Assembly: GCF_009914755.1 (NCBI RefSeq)
Contig: NC_060930.1
DNA length: 64,000 nucleotides
Reading direction: 5' to 3' (one strand)
From: the human T2T-CHM13v2.0 reference genome, Homo sapiens
The notes beneath the pieces were generated by a model. That model was not told where the DNA came from, made no database searches, and saw only the letters and a list, made by a program, of their open reading frames with translations. The first letter of the stretch is position 1. Each line of letters begins with the position of its first letter. The position numbers were made by a program, and so were the translations under genes. Shown here piece after piece: positions 42,997 through 62,789 of the stretch.

Positions 42997-43514
42997 ACTT
43001 CTAACTTATAGAATAGTGCCAACATAACAGTTTGTGACTCTGGGTGTAGAACATAAAACTAACTGCGGCTTCCACCTTCTCTCTCTCTGAATCTGGGATC
43101 ATGAGCTCTGGGGGAAGCCAGCCGCTGTGCCATAAGCAGCCCTGCAGGAAGGTCCACATGACTGAGAACTGAGGCCTTCTGGGAACAGACAACAAGGAAC
43201 CAGGCCTTTTCCAACAGCCATGTGACTGATCCATGTTTCTTGTGAATTCCCAGCCCCAGCGAAGCCCTCAGATGCTGCGGCCCCTGGCTGACAACTGGAG
43301 TGCAACCTTGTGAGAGGCCCTGAGCAGGAAGCACTCAGGGAAACCTCTCCTGGATTCCTGACGATTGGAAACTGTGGGAGATGAGAAACATTTGTTGTTT
43401 CGAGCTAAGTTTTACGTAATTTGTTATGCAACAGTAAATAATATATTTTCACAAGAGAGGATGTATTATTACACATTAAATTGCATTTGCTCTAAATGTG
43501 TCATCATCATCATT

Positions 43515-43798
43515 ATTATTTTTGAGACAGGGTCTTGCTCTGTCACCCAGGCTGGAATGCAGTGGCATGATCACCATGCACTGCAGTGTCGAACTCCTGG
43601 GGTCAAGGGACTCTCTGACCTCAGCCTCCTGAGTAGCTGCGACTACCATCATGAACTACCATGCCTGGCTAATTTTCTAATTTTTTGTATAGATGGAGGT
43701 TTTGCCCAGGCTGATCTTGAACTTCTGGAGTCAACAAATCTCCATTCCTCTGCCTTCCACAGTGCTAGGATGACAGACGTGAGCCACCACACCTGGCC
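43515..43798 (-). mobile_element. AluJ
   Basis: reverse Alu, paralog of 29195-29486. Confidence 0.85.
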
Positions 43799-44247
43799 TA
43801 AATTAATTATAAGATATTAAACATGTAACTTAGTTTTAAAAAGTAAGGACAATTTCCATGGCTGAAGAGGATGTATTTTATGACCATTCACAATGATCAC
43901 GTTACTTGAACTTCACTTTCCAACTGTGTCCCAATTAAACACAAAAGGAAGATCCAACCCTTGCTAGGCTGATTCTATGATGGCCTCAACAAGCAGCTCC
44001 TGGTCATTCACCTTCCTCCAGTTATTCAACCAACTCTAATGTAGGTGCTGCTGTGAAGGGATTTAGCAGATATAATTAAGGGTCTCAATTAGTTGACTTT
44101 ATGCTGCGTTTATCCTGCTTGGACTGTCCTAATCAGGTGAGCCCTTGAAAGGACTGGGTTCTTCATGAGCATAGAGACTTACAGTGTGAAAGGGACTCAG
44201 CATGAGGGGTTTCCTCCACCATGGGCTTTGAAAAGGAAGGGGCTATG

Positions 44248-44555
44248 GGCCGGGCGCGGTGGCTCACGCCTGTAATCCCGACACTTTGGGAGGCCGAGGC
44301 GGGCGGATCATGAGGTCAGGAGGTCGAGACAATCTTGGCTAACAAGGTGAAACCCTGTCTCTACTAAGAAAAAAAAAAATTAGAGCATAGTGGTGGGCGC
44401 CTGTAGTCCCAGCTACTTGGGACTGAGACAGGAGAATGGTGTGAACCCAGGAGGCGGAGCTTGTAGTGAGCAGAGATCATTGGGCCACTGTACCCCAGCC
44501 TGGGCTACAGAGCCAGACTCCGTCTCAAAAAAAAAAAAAAAAGAAAAAAGAAAAA
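44248..44555 (+). mobile_element. AluY/Sc-type element
   Basis: ggccgggcgcggtggctcacgcc, CpG-rich, A tail, TSD aaggggctatg/aaggggctgtg; empty site at ~29920. Confidence 0.9.
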
Positions 44556-46259
44556 TTAAGGGGCTGTGTAGGAAAGAACGCTGGTGAGCACCGGGAATTG
44601 AGCCCCTCCCAGTTCTCTACATTGACAGCTAGCCAGGAACAGGGACCTCAGTCTTACAACTGCAAGAAACTGCATTCTGCCACCTCTGTATAAACCCGAA
44701 GGAGGATTCAAAATGAAAACACAGCTTTTGGAAGCCCAGAATGGAGATTCTATCCACATCTTGCCCAGATTTCTGACCAAGGAACTATAAGCAGATAAAT
44801 GTGTGTTGTTTTGCCAGGCGTGGTAGTGAGCGAATGAATTGATGAATTGATATACACACTAGTTGCATAAAATAAAATCTTTCTGAACTTTTTCAGTGTT
44901 TTACAGTTTATAATTATCTGTGATGCAATTTAATACACTCATATTTCATTCATTAAGTCAACAAAAATTAACTTAGTCCCTACAATGAACGAGGTATCCC
45001 CTCATATGCTCAAGTGCCTGACACTCCAGAAGCTTCACAAGACCGAGGTGGAGACACTGGAGTGTTTTAAGTGGAGAAATGACACACTCCGACTCACAGG
45101 AGCAGGGCCACTGTGAAAAGAACAGTTACGTAGCAGGTCATGGGACAGTGCTAGTGTCACAATTCATGAGTGAGAGTGTGGTGGGAACTAAGGGGAGAGG
45201 AGGGCCTGAAGGATGAGAAGGATAGAGGGAAGGGCTGGAGAAGCAGGAGGTGAGGAAAAGGAGCAGAGGAAAGAATTTGAAAGCAGCAGAATTCTTAGGT
45301 TTAAAGACATTGTTTTATGGATTTTAATACATCCATCTACAGAGCCTAGCAGGGTGTTCTTGGCAGTTGGCCTTTAATACCTCATGTGGGTCTGCCTAAA
45401 AACTATTTTTTATGTTAATCAGGTTTAAAAATTACTAAGTGTTCCTATAAAATATACACAACACTTAGAAGTGGATACTTCCTAAAAACAGGCAGTGCAT
45501 GAGCACTAGTGAGGGGCATTGTGACTGCCTTGAACAGTTGCAACTTTGAGGTGAATAAAGCCTGTAATGGCTTCTGGTTGCAACATATAGGAACACAGTG
45601 GCTACTTTGTATTGAGGAGATGTCGTGGACTCACACAGAAACTCAGAGCTAAGGAATGATGGCAAATTTAAAGTAAGACAAGCAGGAGTCACAGATACAT
45701 TGTCTGGGAAAGTGCAACTTAGTAGCTTTGTGAGTCCTGTTGTAATGCTTTTGGACACATTTATACATTAAGGGGCCAAAGTCACATTTTTTACCTATTA
45801 GATTCCTGATCATTCAGGGGTTACCAAGATTCTGCTACCCACTGTAGTTAATAAACAAAGAGCAAATTGGTCTCTATTCTGTCTCATGCACTCAGGCACA
45901 ACTTTTCCGGATTAAAAACAAAAACAACAACAAAAATCTACACCTCTATTCCCAGAGCAAGCTTACTCTCTGGCACCAAACTCCATGGGGTGATTTTTCT
46001 TCTAGAAGAGTCCAGGTGGACAGGTAAGGAGTGGGAGTCAGGGAGTCCAGTTCAGGGACAGAGATAATGGGATGAAAAGTGAAAGGAGAGGGACGGGGCC
46101 CATGCCGAGGGTTTCTCCCTTGTTTCTCAGACAGCTCCTGGGCCAAGACTCAGGGAGACATTGAGACAGAGCGCTTCGCACAGGAGCAGAGGGGTCAGGG
46201 CGAAGTCCCAGGGCCCCAGGCGTGGCTCTCAGGGTCTCAGGCCCCGAAGGCGGTGTATG

Positions 46260-46440
46260 GATTGGGGAGTCCCAGCCTTGGGGATTCCCCAACTCCGCAG
46301 TTTCTTTTCTCCCTCTCCCAACCTACGTAGGGTCCTTCATCCTGGATACTCACGACGCGGACCCAGTTCTCACTCCCATTGGGTGTCGGGTTTCCAGAGA
46401 AGCCAATCAGTGTCGTCGCGGTCGCTGTTCTAAAGTCCGC
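46260..46440 (+). promoter_or_regulatory. HLA-A proximal promoter: enhancer A, ISRE, SXY module, CCAAT, TATA variant
   Basis: kB2 ggggagtccc 46264-73, kB1 ggggattcccc 46280-90, ISRE agtttcttttct 46299-310, Y box attgg 46378-82, ccaat 46403-07, tctaaa 46429-34. Confidence 0.9.
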
Positions 46441-46480
46441 ACGCACCCACCGGGACTCAGATTCTCCCCAGACGCCGAGG

Positions 46481-49383
<2,903 letters not shown>

Positions 49384-49676
49384 GACAGCTGCCTTGTGTG
49401 GGACTGAGAGGCAAGAGTTGTTCCTGCCCTTCCCTTTGTGACTTGAAGAACCCTGACTTTGTTTCTGCAAAGGCACCTGCATGTGTCTGTGTTCGTGTAG
49501 GCATAATGTGAGGAGGTGGGGAGAGCACCCCACCCCCATGTCCACCATGACCCTCTTCCCACGCTGACCTGTGCTCCCTCTCCAATCATCTTTCCTGTTC
49601 CAGAGAGGTGGGGCTGAGGTGTCTCCATCTCTGTCTCAACTTCATGGTGCACTGAGCTGTAACTTCTTCCTTCCCT

Positions 49677-49682
49677 ATTAAA
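49677..49682 (+). terminator. HLA-A proximal poly(A) signal ATTAAA
   Basis: attaaa ~295 nt after stop; conserved in HLA-K at ~35566. Confidence 0.75.
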
Positions 49683-50682
49683 ATTAGAACCTGAGTATAA
49701 ATTTACTTTCTCAAATTCTTGCCATGAGAGGTTGATGAGTTAATTAAAGGAGAAGATTCCTAAAATTTGAGAGACAAAATTAATGGAACGCATGAGAACC
49801 TTCCAGAGTCCACGTGTTGCTTATGCTGATTTGTTGCAGGGGAGGAGAGTAGATGGGGCTGTGCCCAGTTTCTGTTCCGGCCACCATGGGCTTTATGTGG
49901 TCACAGCTCACCTGGGTCATCTTTGCTGCTCCATTGTCCTTGGCCCTTCAGTAGAACCTTGTCCCACCAAGACCTGTGATCACAGGGAGTTGGATGTCAC
50001 CTAGGGTGGTCCCTGCATACAAATCTCCTTGTGGTATCAAGAGACAAATTTTCAGACCTGTCCAGGTCTTGCCTTCCTCCCAGGGCTTTTTCCTTAACGG
50101 TATTTTCGATTTTTCTCCAATCTTTTTAAAGGAACCAGATTGTGACATTTGCAGAGAGGAGGGGTCCCATAGTTTCTCATCATGGTTAACTTTCTGTTGG
50201 AACTCCTCTTCTGCCCTCCTACTCTTCTTCCTGCTCTGAGTTGTAGTAATCCTAGTGCTGGCTCCAATCCAAACTCATAGATTTATAAAGCAGAGTCTAA
50301 TTTAGATTCATATGTGGTTGGAAAATTGTACCCATAAGGCTAGGGTTATTGTTCCTGAAGAGAAATATATGGTTTTGTGCTGAAGTGTGCAGGAGGGTTG
50401 GTGTGGGAGGAGGGAGGACACACAAGCAGCCCTGGTGAGAAAAGCACTGGCGGCATGGATGTCCACGTGAACTTATGTTCTTTAGCTGCCACAAAACAGC
50501 ATTTGCCCTGTGGCTACATTAATAAAGATATGGGCTTTAGAATAGGGAGGTGCTCTACAGTGATCATTCATTCAACTGACATTTGTTGTCTGCTAGGGAT
50601 ATGACTGCTTTTGCATTTAGAAAGCATCCTTAAAGTAAAAACAGAAAAATGTCTGGGGTTATGGTGCATACGTTCTAGATGC

Positions 50683-53600
50683 AAGCTTGTCCAACCCGCG
50701 GCTCGTGGGCTGCATGTGGCCCAGGACAATTTTGAATGTGAGGACTTTTTTGCTTATCTGTGGTGAACCTGAGTCCTGGAGTGAGTGCACCCACCTCCCT
50801 CAGGGTCAGGAGTGAATGCTTTAGGAACCCTCCTTTTCAGTGACCTACAAAAGATAGAGGGCACATTTACTGTGATAACCCAGAGTATCAGCCAAGGGGG
50901 CTTGACCTTCAAGGAGTCGTGGGGAAGGTTAATAAAGGGTGGTGTCCCAGGGTCAGAAAAGATGGGCAGACAGCAAGGGCACTGCTTGATATCTATGATA
51001 AGCATGTGGAATTGAGGAGCAAGCTTCAGATTCAGAATCCAGTGACTAAGGACATATCTATATCCCTAAGAGAAAGAACCTTGGGACACGATGATGGTTA
51101 TATGCTGGGACAATTCCATCAGCCCTTCTGCAAAGGAGCCTATAGCCATTTAATCAGGAGATGGGATAAGTATTAACATTGGGTGTGAGCTGACATTGCT
51201 GCCCAGATTCCTACAGCACCATTATGTCCCCCATCACACTGGGGCTTACAGAAGCCAGGGAATAAACCTAGACACATTATGCCCCATGGTGGAATCACCA
51301 GTTCCATAAATCCTGTCCTGGTTATCTCCCCATTCTCTGAGTGCATAATTGGCCTTGATGCACTGGCAACTGGAGTCACCCCACACTGTGTCCCTAGTCT
51401 GGAGAGTAAGGGATCTCACTGTGCTGAAGCCCAAAGGGAAACATCCCTCATCCAAGCCAAACCAGAAGCAATATTGTGCCTCAGGGTGGGTCTTGTGGAG
51501 GGTACTGCAGGTATTATAGGGGTGGCACTGCCATTACAGACCTGAACGATGCGGGGTGGTGTTGGGATTGCCTGTTATCTCCATATAACTCAGCAATCTG
51601 TACCTGCAGAAGCCTGATATGGCTAAAGAATGAATGGAATTACTCCAGACTTGACCAAGTAGGAGTCCTGATTGCAGCTGCCATGCTGGCTGGATATCAC
51701 TGCCTGGGGAGATTAATAAGGCCTCAGGCACATGGCAAGCAGCTGTGGATTTGGTGAGTGCATTCCCTCCCATTTCATTTAGAAGATGGATATGGAATGA
51801 TTCACATTCACATGGGATTTATAATACATTTATTGATAGCTTGCATCAGGGCTACCTTAACTCCTCAACCTTCTATAAATATCACCTTAAGAGACCTGGA
51901 CGAATCAGACATCCCACAGAATACTAAATCTCTTCATTTCATTGGCAATATCACATAAATTGGGAAGGATGAACAACAGCAGGAAAGTACGCTGAATTCC
52001 CTGGCAAAACATGTGCACTACAGAAGGTGAAGATAAAACTTACAGAGCTTCAAGAGTGGCCACTGCAGTGAAGTGTTATGGGTCCAGTGGTTAGGGGCAT
52101 GCAGAGCTCCCCCCCGCCACACACACACACAAAGTAAAAGACAAACTTGCATCTTGCATCCTCACCAGAAGGAAGGAAGCACACTACTTGATGAGCCTCT
52201 CTGGGTTCTGGCAACACCACATTCCACATCTAAGTTTATTGCTTTGGCTGACACTCTGGGTGATATAGGAGGAGGCCAGCTTTGAGTGGGGCCTGGACTG
52301 GAAAGGACACTGCAGCAGACCCAGGCTGTGGTGCAGTCAGTCACCATCCCTCACACCCCTGGTGCTGGAGGTGGCGGTCTGGGGAAAGAAGCAGGATGGA
52401 GCTGAACCAAGCATCAGTGGGAAAGTCAGAATGCAGGGCCTGGGATCAGGAGTAAGGCCATGGAGTCCACAGCAGAGAAACATGCTCCATGTTAGAAGCA
52501 ACTTTTAGCATGTTACTGTCCCTGATAAGATAGAATGCTTGAGCATAGGACACCAAGCAACCATGTGATTCCAAGTGCCCGTGTGTATTGGCTTCTATGT
52601 GACCCATAGAGTCATTCACTGGACAGGCCCAGCGGCATCTATCATGAGACGAAAACGGTCCATGTCGGTTGAGCCTCAATTCCATGTTAACACCCACAGA
52701 AAACACCCAGTCCTGATGTGGCCCTGAATAACCAAACAAATTGAAGACAAATTGAAGTTAGCCAGTCTACATCATGGATCAGCCCAGGCCTGATAGGAAG
52801 GACCCGTGAGTGGAGCAACCACAGTGGCAGGGATGAAGCTACAAATGAGTCCAGCAGCACTGTCTCTCCACTACCAAGGCCCACCCAGCTACTGCTTCCT
52901 CTGAATACTCTGCTCGTGAGCATTGCAGACCAATGATAGGCACCAATAGGGCACCATTTCTTAAAGTAACTGACTAGCCCCTAAGTGACAAGTTGAATAG
53001 CTTGAACACCATCCATCCTGGAAGGGGCAGAAGTTTATCCTCACAGGGATAGGCTCACAGGGATGCGATGTGGTGTGGTTTTCCTCTCTGCTCTCAGACC
53101 CTCAGTCAACAACACTATTGGCATTCCTGATCCACTGGCTCAGAATTTCAGTACATTATCTGCCTGGGGGACACACCTGTTGGGGAAGGGGATGAAGTGT
53201 GGGCCCTGACCATGGGATCCCCTGGTCGTATCACCACCTGCGCCTCTCAAGTGCTGCCAGGCACACAGAGTCATGGACAGGACTCTACAGGCACAACTCA
53301 GTACCAGCTTGGATGAAACCCTCTGAGGAATGGGTGCCATCTTTCAGGATGTGATGCATGTATTGAATCAAAGACGTCTCTAAGGCACTGTTTTCAGAAG
53401 GAAGAATACGCGGGTCCAAAAACCAAGAAGTCAAAGCAGGTGTGTCTCATTCCTTATATTCACCCCCAGGGTGATTTACTTATAAGTAAATAAATAAATA
53501 CATAACATGAATACTTAAATAAATTTATTTATGCATGTATGTATGTATGTATGTATTTTATTCATTATATTCACCCCCAGGGTGATTTTGCTCTTCTTAC

Positions 53601-54350
53601 TTCCAAAATCTGGACTCTGCAGGGTAGGAGGTCCTGGTTTCCCAAAGAGGGCACCCTGGCAAGGAGACAAATGAGAGTCCATGGAACTACACATTGTGGT
53701 TGCACCCAGGGATATTTGAATAGTATGTGCCCAGAGACAAGCAGGTGAGAAGAGGAGGAGGCAGGGCTGCTATCACACAATGAGGGCAGGAGAAGTGTGT
53801 GTGGAAACCAGGAATCCACTTGGGGACGTCCTGGTTTCCCTTGTCCGTTGTGTGAGCAGAATCATCCAGCAACCCAGCCTGAGAGGGTTTGATATTCAAG
53901 AGCCCAGAACCCTCAGGAAGGAAGGATTGAGTGATACTCCTAGGTAATGTCCCACGTCTCTGCTTCTGTGCTCTGACATCCTCAGCAGGATTAGTGCAGA
54001 AGCCCTGCTTCCATGAGTTGTTCCCAGCCAGTGACCGGTCACAGCAAGCACACTAAGGCAGGCCATTACTGGGAGACATGGGACTCCTCTGATGGCCAAA
54101 TGTGGCTCCAGGACTCCTCCATGCCCTTCCTCAACTCTCCTTAGACTGCCTCTGCTCTAGGATGCGTCGAACAGACTTTGTCTCCTTCTGTCCAGCACTT
54201 GGGGTCACACTTGTATCATTGTCTGCTGCCTTTTCCAGGGATTTCTGGCTCGCGTCTCATATTCCCTTACAGGTGTGTCCCCTCATAAGATGCCGTAGAC
54301 TTTAAGCTCATCTTGGCATCTGCTCCTTGGAGGACTTGGACTAAAAAGCA
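50683..54350 (+). mobile_element. MER30 fragment plus 5'-truncated HERV16 internal and 3' LTR16
   Basis: colinear with ~20390-24110; pol remnant AAVDLVSAFPPI. Confidence 0.72.
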
Positions 54351-55504
54351 TTGCCATGTGCACACCAATAACTCTTACTTATTCCAACCTGTAAAATCCA
54401 TCTCTTTATCCAACTTCTGCCACCCCCATAAAATCTATTTTGCGCGCGTTCGTAGTATCTCTTTGAATTAACAGATATTTGTTGTATTAAGCCACTAAAT
54501 TTTGAGGTAGTTTGTGACACAGCAGTTAATAACTATTAAGGCTTTCTTAAGTTTCTGTTATTCCATGGATGTTATCTACATCTTTTAATTTCCTGCATTT
54601 TAATAATATTAGCCACACTTGCTGTTTCTAATCCTTTCCTCCTATTCTTTTTTGAAAATGTTCATTTTGTCTTTCTCTGTCCTTCCATCTTTCTTTCCTC
54701 CTTTCCTCCCTCAGAGCTTTCTCCCTCCCTCCACTTTTTCACAAACTCTATGTGGTTAGGCTAAAAAGAAGCATTATTTGAATCTTATGCTTAAAGTATA
54801 ATGCCATAATTTACAGGATAAAAGTAAAGAAAAGGAAGGTATTAATGGAATATGAAAAAATGCCTAGGGTGATTCTGTAGCCAAGACAATGGTTTTTTAA
54901 CATGTAATCTCCACCTTCAACTGAATGTTTTCAGAACACATGAGCAACATAAGTTCTTTCCCATTCTTGGTACAAGCACTTGGGAAATCAAATTAGCCTT
55001 ATCTTGTATGATTAATGTCCATACACTGTATAATCCCACCATCTGCTCCTGATCATACACTCTGGGGATATCTTTGGCTATGTGTCCCAGAGACGTGTAC
55101 ACCAATGTTTATGGCAAAAAAACTGGAAACAATCACATATGCATCAATGGGAATTAACAAAATTCTGATATAATTACGAAAAGTAAAATTTTAGCAGTAA
55201 AAATGATTGAACAGCACCCTCCCACATCAGAGATAACTCTCCTACACATAACATGCATCACAGAAGAATACATATAGTGTGAGTTCTCTGTACAGCGAAG
55301 TTAAAAAAACAGGTCAGACTGTGATTTGGGTATATATATTTATTGTAAAAATCTTTAGAGACAGTGCAAAGGACTAGTAAATACAAGACTCAAGATAGAG
55401 GTTCCTTTTGGTGGATAGGATTGGGCAACAGTCTAGGGTGGCTTCATAGGTTCTGTTTCTTATGCCAGGAGAGGATGTCCAGGTAATTAGTTACTTGATC
55501 ATAA

Positions 55505-55816
<312 letters not shown>

Positions 55817-57360
55817 CCCACAAATATTTATAGTGGCAATTTTCAAAATGCACCTTGTGTGCCATTCCTGATTATTTGGAAATGAAAGAGAAAAGAAAAC
55901 ACAAAAGTTCATTGCAAGGATCCTTAGCAATAACTACATGAGTTAAAACAAAGCCACAGCCAATTGTAAGGAGCCATGTGACAGAGAGTACCAGGATGCC
56001 ATGAAAAAATAGCCTTTGATAGAAATAGGTCATTTGATTCTTGGCTAATTGGCAACTCTCTACATTCTCTGGTGTACAATGTTCAATCTGATGTGCAAGG
56101 CAATTGTATCTCGCAAAGAATTTGAGAATTTGATATGTTGCTCAATTTTACCACGGATACAAGTGAATTAAACTTTTACAGAATAGAAAAAAAGCACTGT
56201 CGAGCAAAATAAATTAAATGAAAACACATAAAGGAATAACTAGTGATGAAATAGCAATATGAATGGAAAACACGAAAGAGCTTCTTTTACAGCAACATTA
56301 GAAGCACAAAATAACTGTATTTTTCAGAATCATACTGGAGTCCAAATCACTTCTACCACATCTAATTAAAAAACACAGCGAAAGATGTTAAATTGATCAA
56401 TGGATGCACACTGAATACCCAGTTATAGAAAAATCGTGTTCCTAGATTGGAGTTAACCATTTCCGCCTACCACATCAAACCAAATCTTTGTCGTGATGCT
56501 AAGCTAGCTGTACAGACAAAGATGTGAGACACATTTTCTCTAACTGCAAAGCACCCTGATTAGGTAAATATTTTTGTAGAAGCTTGAGTAAGAAAATTGA
56601 CATTTTGGGCATTCTTAAACGGAATTAGTAGCTTCTGAGGAAAAAGAAAGATAGTTATGATTGTAAAGGCATTATTATACGGCACCAGTCGTGGGACTCT
56701 TTGGTCTAGCTACTGTATTTTCTCAACTTTCTTGCAACTCATCAAAGAGAACATTAATATTAAAGGCATTTGCAAAAAAAATCTGAGATATTGTTGTATC
56801 TCCATTCTCTGTCTCAAAGTTTTATTCATTACTTTACAAAAGATAATTTTAAAGTATTAAAGAAAATTAGTCAGATACAAGAAGTATTTGATTTACAAAA
56901 TCCTGAAACAATAATGTTAATTGTGGTGCCAGCTACTTGGGAGGCTGAAGGAGGAGCATTGATGGCATGAGCCCAGGAGGTTGAGGCTTCAGTGAATCAT
57001 GAGCATGCCACTGCATTCCAGCCAGGGCAACAGAGTGTTACTTTGTCTAAAAATAACTAACTAGCTAACTAACTAAATAAATAAATAAATAATGGAGGCA
57101 GTGCACGAACCCTGGTGAACGGCACTTTGGCTGCATTGAGCACTTGCAGATTTGAGGTGATTACATTCTGTACGTTACTTAACATGCATACTGTACATAC
57201 TTAACATGCATATAAATTCTTTGATACTCCTCCTTGCAGAGGTGCAGCTTCATTGCCTTCCTGTGAGTGTGGCCTGAACTTAATGACTCACTTACAGACT
57301 GATAGAGTAATGTTGAGATAATAGTTTGTGACTCTGGGTGTAGATCATAAGACTCACTAA

Positions 57361-57743
<383 letters not shown>

Positions 57744-59629
57744 TCATAAGCAGGCCTGTGGAAAGCTCCAAGTGACTAGGAAGTGAGGCCTCCTGGGGCC
57801 AGACAATAAGAAGATGAAGCCTCTTCCAACAGCCACGTGGGATATTCTTGTGACTTGTGAATCCCCAGCCCCATTTGAGCCCTCAGATGATAAAGCCCTG
57901 GATGACAATTAGACCGCAATTTTGTGAGTGGCCCTGAGCCAGAAGAACTTTGAGAAAACTTTCCTGGATTCCTGACCACTAGAAACTGTGGGACATGATA
58001 AATATTTGTTGATTTTAGTTGCTAAGTTTTAAGTGACTTGTTATGCATCAGTAGATAACTAATACACCTTCACAAGAGAGGATGAATCATTGAATTTTTC
58101 ATTTGCTCTAAATTGATTATAAGATATTAAACATGTCATTTGCTTTTAATATTTAACAAGAATTTTCATGGTTATATAAGATATATTTTATTATCACTAA
58201 CAATGATCAATTTTTTTTACCTTCAATTTGTATGTTCTATTCAAACACAAAAGGAAGATCCAGGCTATGCTAGGGTGATTCTATGATGACACCCCAATAA
58301 CCACCCTTGGTTGCTCACATTACCCCAGTTACTCGGTTGACACTAATGTAGGTGCTGCTGTGAAGGGATTTTGCAGATGTATTCCAGGTCCCCTGTCAGT
58401 TGGCTTTAAGATGGGGATTATCCTGCTTGGACTGTCCTAATCAGGTAAGCTCTGAAAAGGACTGGGTTCTTCCTGAGAATAGAGACTCACAGTGTGAGAG
58501 GGATTCAGTGTGAGGGGCTTCCTCCATTGTGGGCTTTGAAAATGGTGGGATCATGGTGAAAGAACACTGGTGGCCAATAGGAAGTAGAAGCCCTCCCCAC
58601 TGTCTACTCTGATAGCCTGAAGGAAACAGGGACCTTAGTCCTACAATTACCAGAAACCGAATTCTGCCAACGAGCTCTATATAAGCTTGGGGGAGAATCC
58701 CAATCTTAAGATGAGGATACAGCTTTGCGAAACCCTGAACAAAGAATCTCTGACACTAGGCCTGGATTTCTGATGAAGGAAATGCAGAAAAATAAATGAG
58801 TGCTCTTTTAAGCCACTAAGTTTGTGGTAATTGGTTATGTACTAATAGAAAATTCATAAACAGATTCAACAGCTAAGCATATGACATTTCCTCCAATGGA
58901 ATGAATTTATGAACTGATATGCATAGTAGTTGCATAAAACCAAATGTTTCCTAACTTGCTTTGCATTTTTCATTTTGTGATTTTTGTGTGATACAATTTT
59001 TAACACAATCATATTTCATTCACTCAAGAAAATTAACTTAGTGCCTACTATGTGCCAGATATGCTTTTATATGCTGCAGACACAACTTTGATCAAAACAA
59101 CCCAAAGCCCCTGTGCTTGTGCCTTCCATTTTAGAGGCTTCTTCAGAGTGAGATGGAGCCATTGGAGTGTTTTAAGTGAAGAAATGACACAATCTGACTC
59201 ACATTAGCAGGATTGCTGACCTTTGTGGGGAGAACAGTCATGGGCAGCAGGCGAGGGACAGAGCTAGGGCCACAGTTCAGTAGTGACAGAGTAGTAGAGA
59301 CTAAGGGGAGAGGAGGGCCTGATGGGTGACAGGGACAGAGAGAAGGGCTGGAGAAGCAGGAAGTGAGGTAAAGTAACAGAGAGAAAGAATTCTAAAGCAA
59401 CGGAATTCTCAGACTTAAACACAGTGTTTTATAGATTTTTAATCCATTTATCCTCAGAGCCTGGCACAGTGTTACTTGCACCTTGATCTTTAATACATTC
59501 TGTGGGGCTGTCTAATAACTAATTGCCTCCTTATGATAAACAGGTTAGAAAAGAATACCAAGTGTCCCAATAAAATATGCACATAGCTTAGATGTGAATA
59601 ATTCCTAAATATAGGCAGGTGCATGAGAT

Positions 59630-59955
59630 GGCCATTGTGGCTCATGCCTGTAATACCAGCATTTTGGGAGGCTGAGGCAGGAGGATCATTTGAGCTCAGG
59701 AGTTCAAGACTAGCGAGAGCAACATAGGGAGACCTCATTTCTACAAATTTTTTTTTAGAAAAATTAGCCAGGAGTGGTGGTACAAGCCTGTGGTGCCAGA
59801 TACTTGGAGGCTGAAGGAGGAGCATTGATCGCATGAGCCCAGGAGGTCGAGGCTTCAGTGAGTCATGAACGTGCCACAGCACTCCAGCTAGGGCAACAGA
59901 GTGATACTCGGTCTAAAAATAACTAACTAACTAAATAAATAAATAATAAATAAAG
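59630..59955 (+). mobile_element. AluJ
   Basis: ggccattgtggctcatgcctgtaat...; (taac/taaa)n tail; flanked by aggc(a)ggtgcatgag. Confidence 0.85.
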
Positions 59956-60338
59956 GCGGTGCATGAGCACTGGTGAAGGGCACTTTGGCTGCATTGAGCA
60001 CTTGCAAATTTGAGGTGATTAAATTCTGTACAGGCTCCTGGTTGCAATATACGGTAACACATTGTGCTTTGTATTGAGAAGTCCTGGACTCGCGCACACA
60101 AACTCAGGGCTATAAGATAAAGATAATTTAAAAATACAACAGACCAGAGTCACAGATACACAGTCTGGGAAAGTAAAACTTAACTTTGTGAGTCTAACTG
60201 CAATGCGTTTAGACACATTTATATATAATGGGGCCAAAAATCACCTCTTTTACAAATTAGATTCGTGACCATTCAGGGCTACCAAGATTGTGCTAGCCAC
60301 TGTACTGCGCTACCCACTGTTACTAAGATTGTGCTACT

Positions 60339-62789
<2,451 letters not shown>

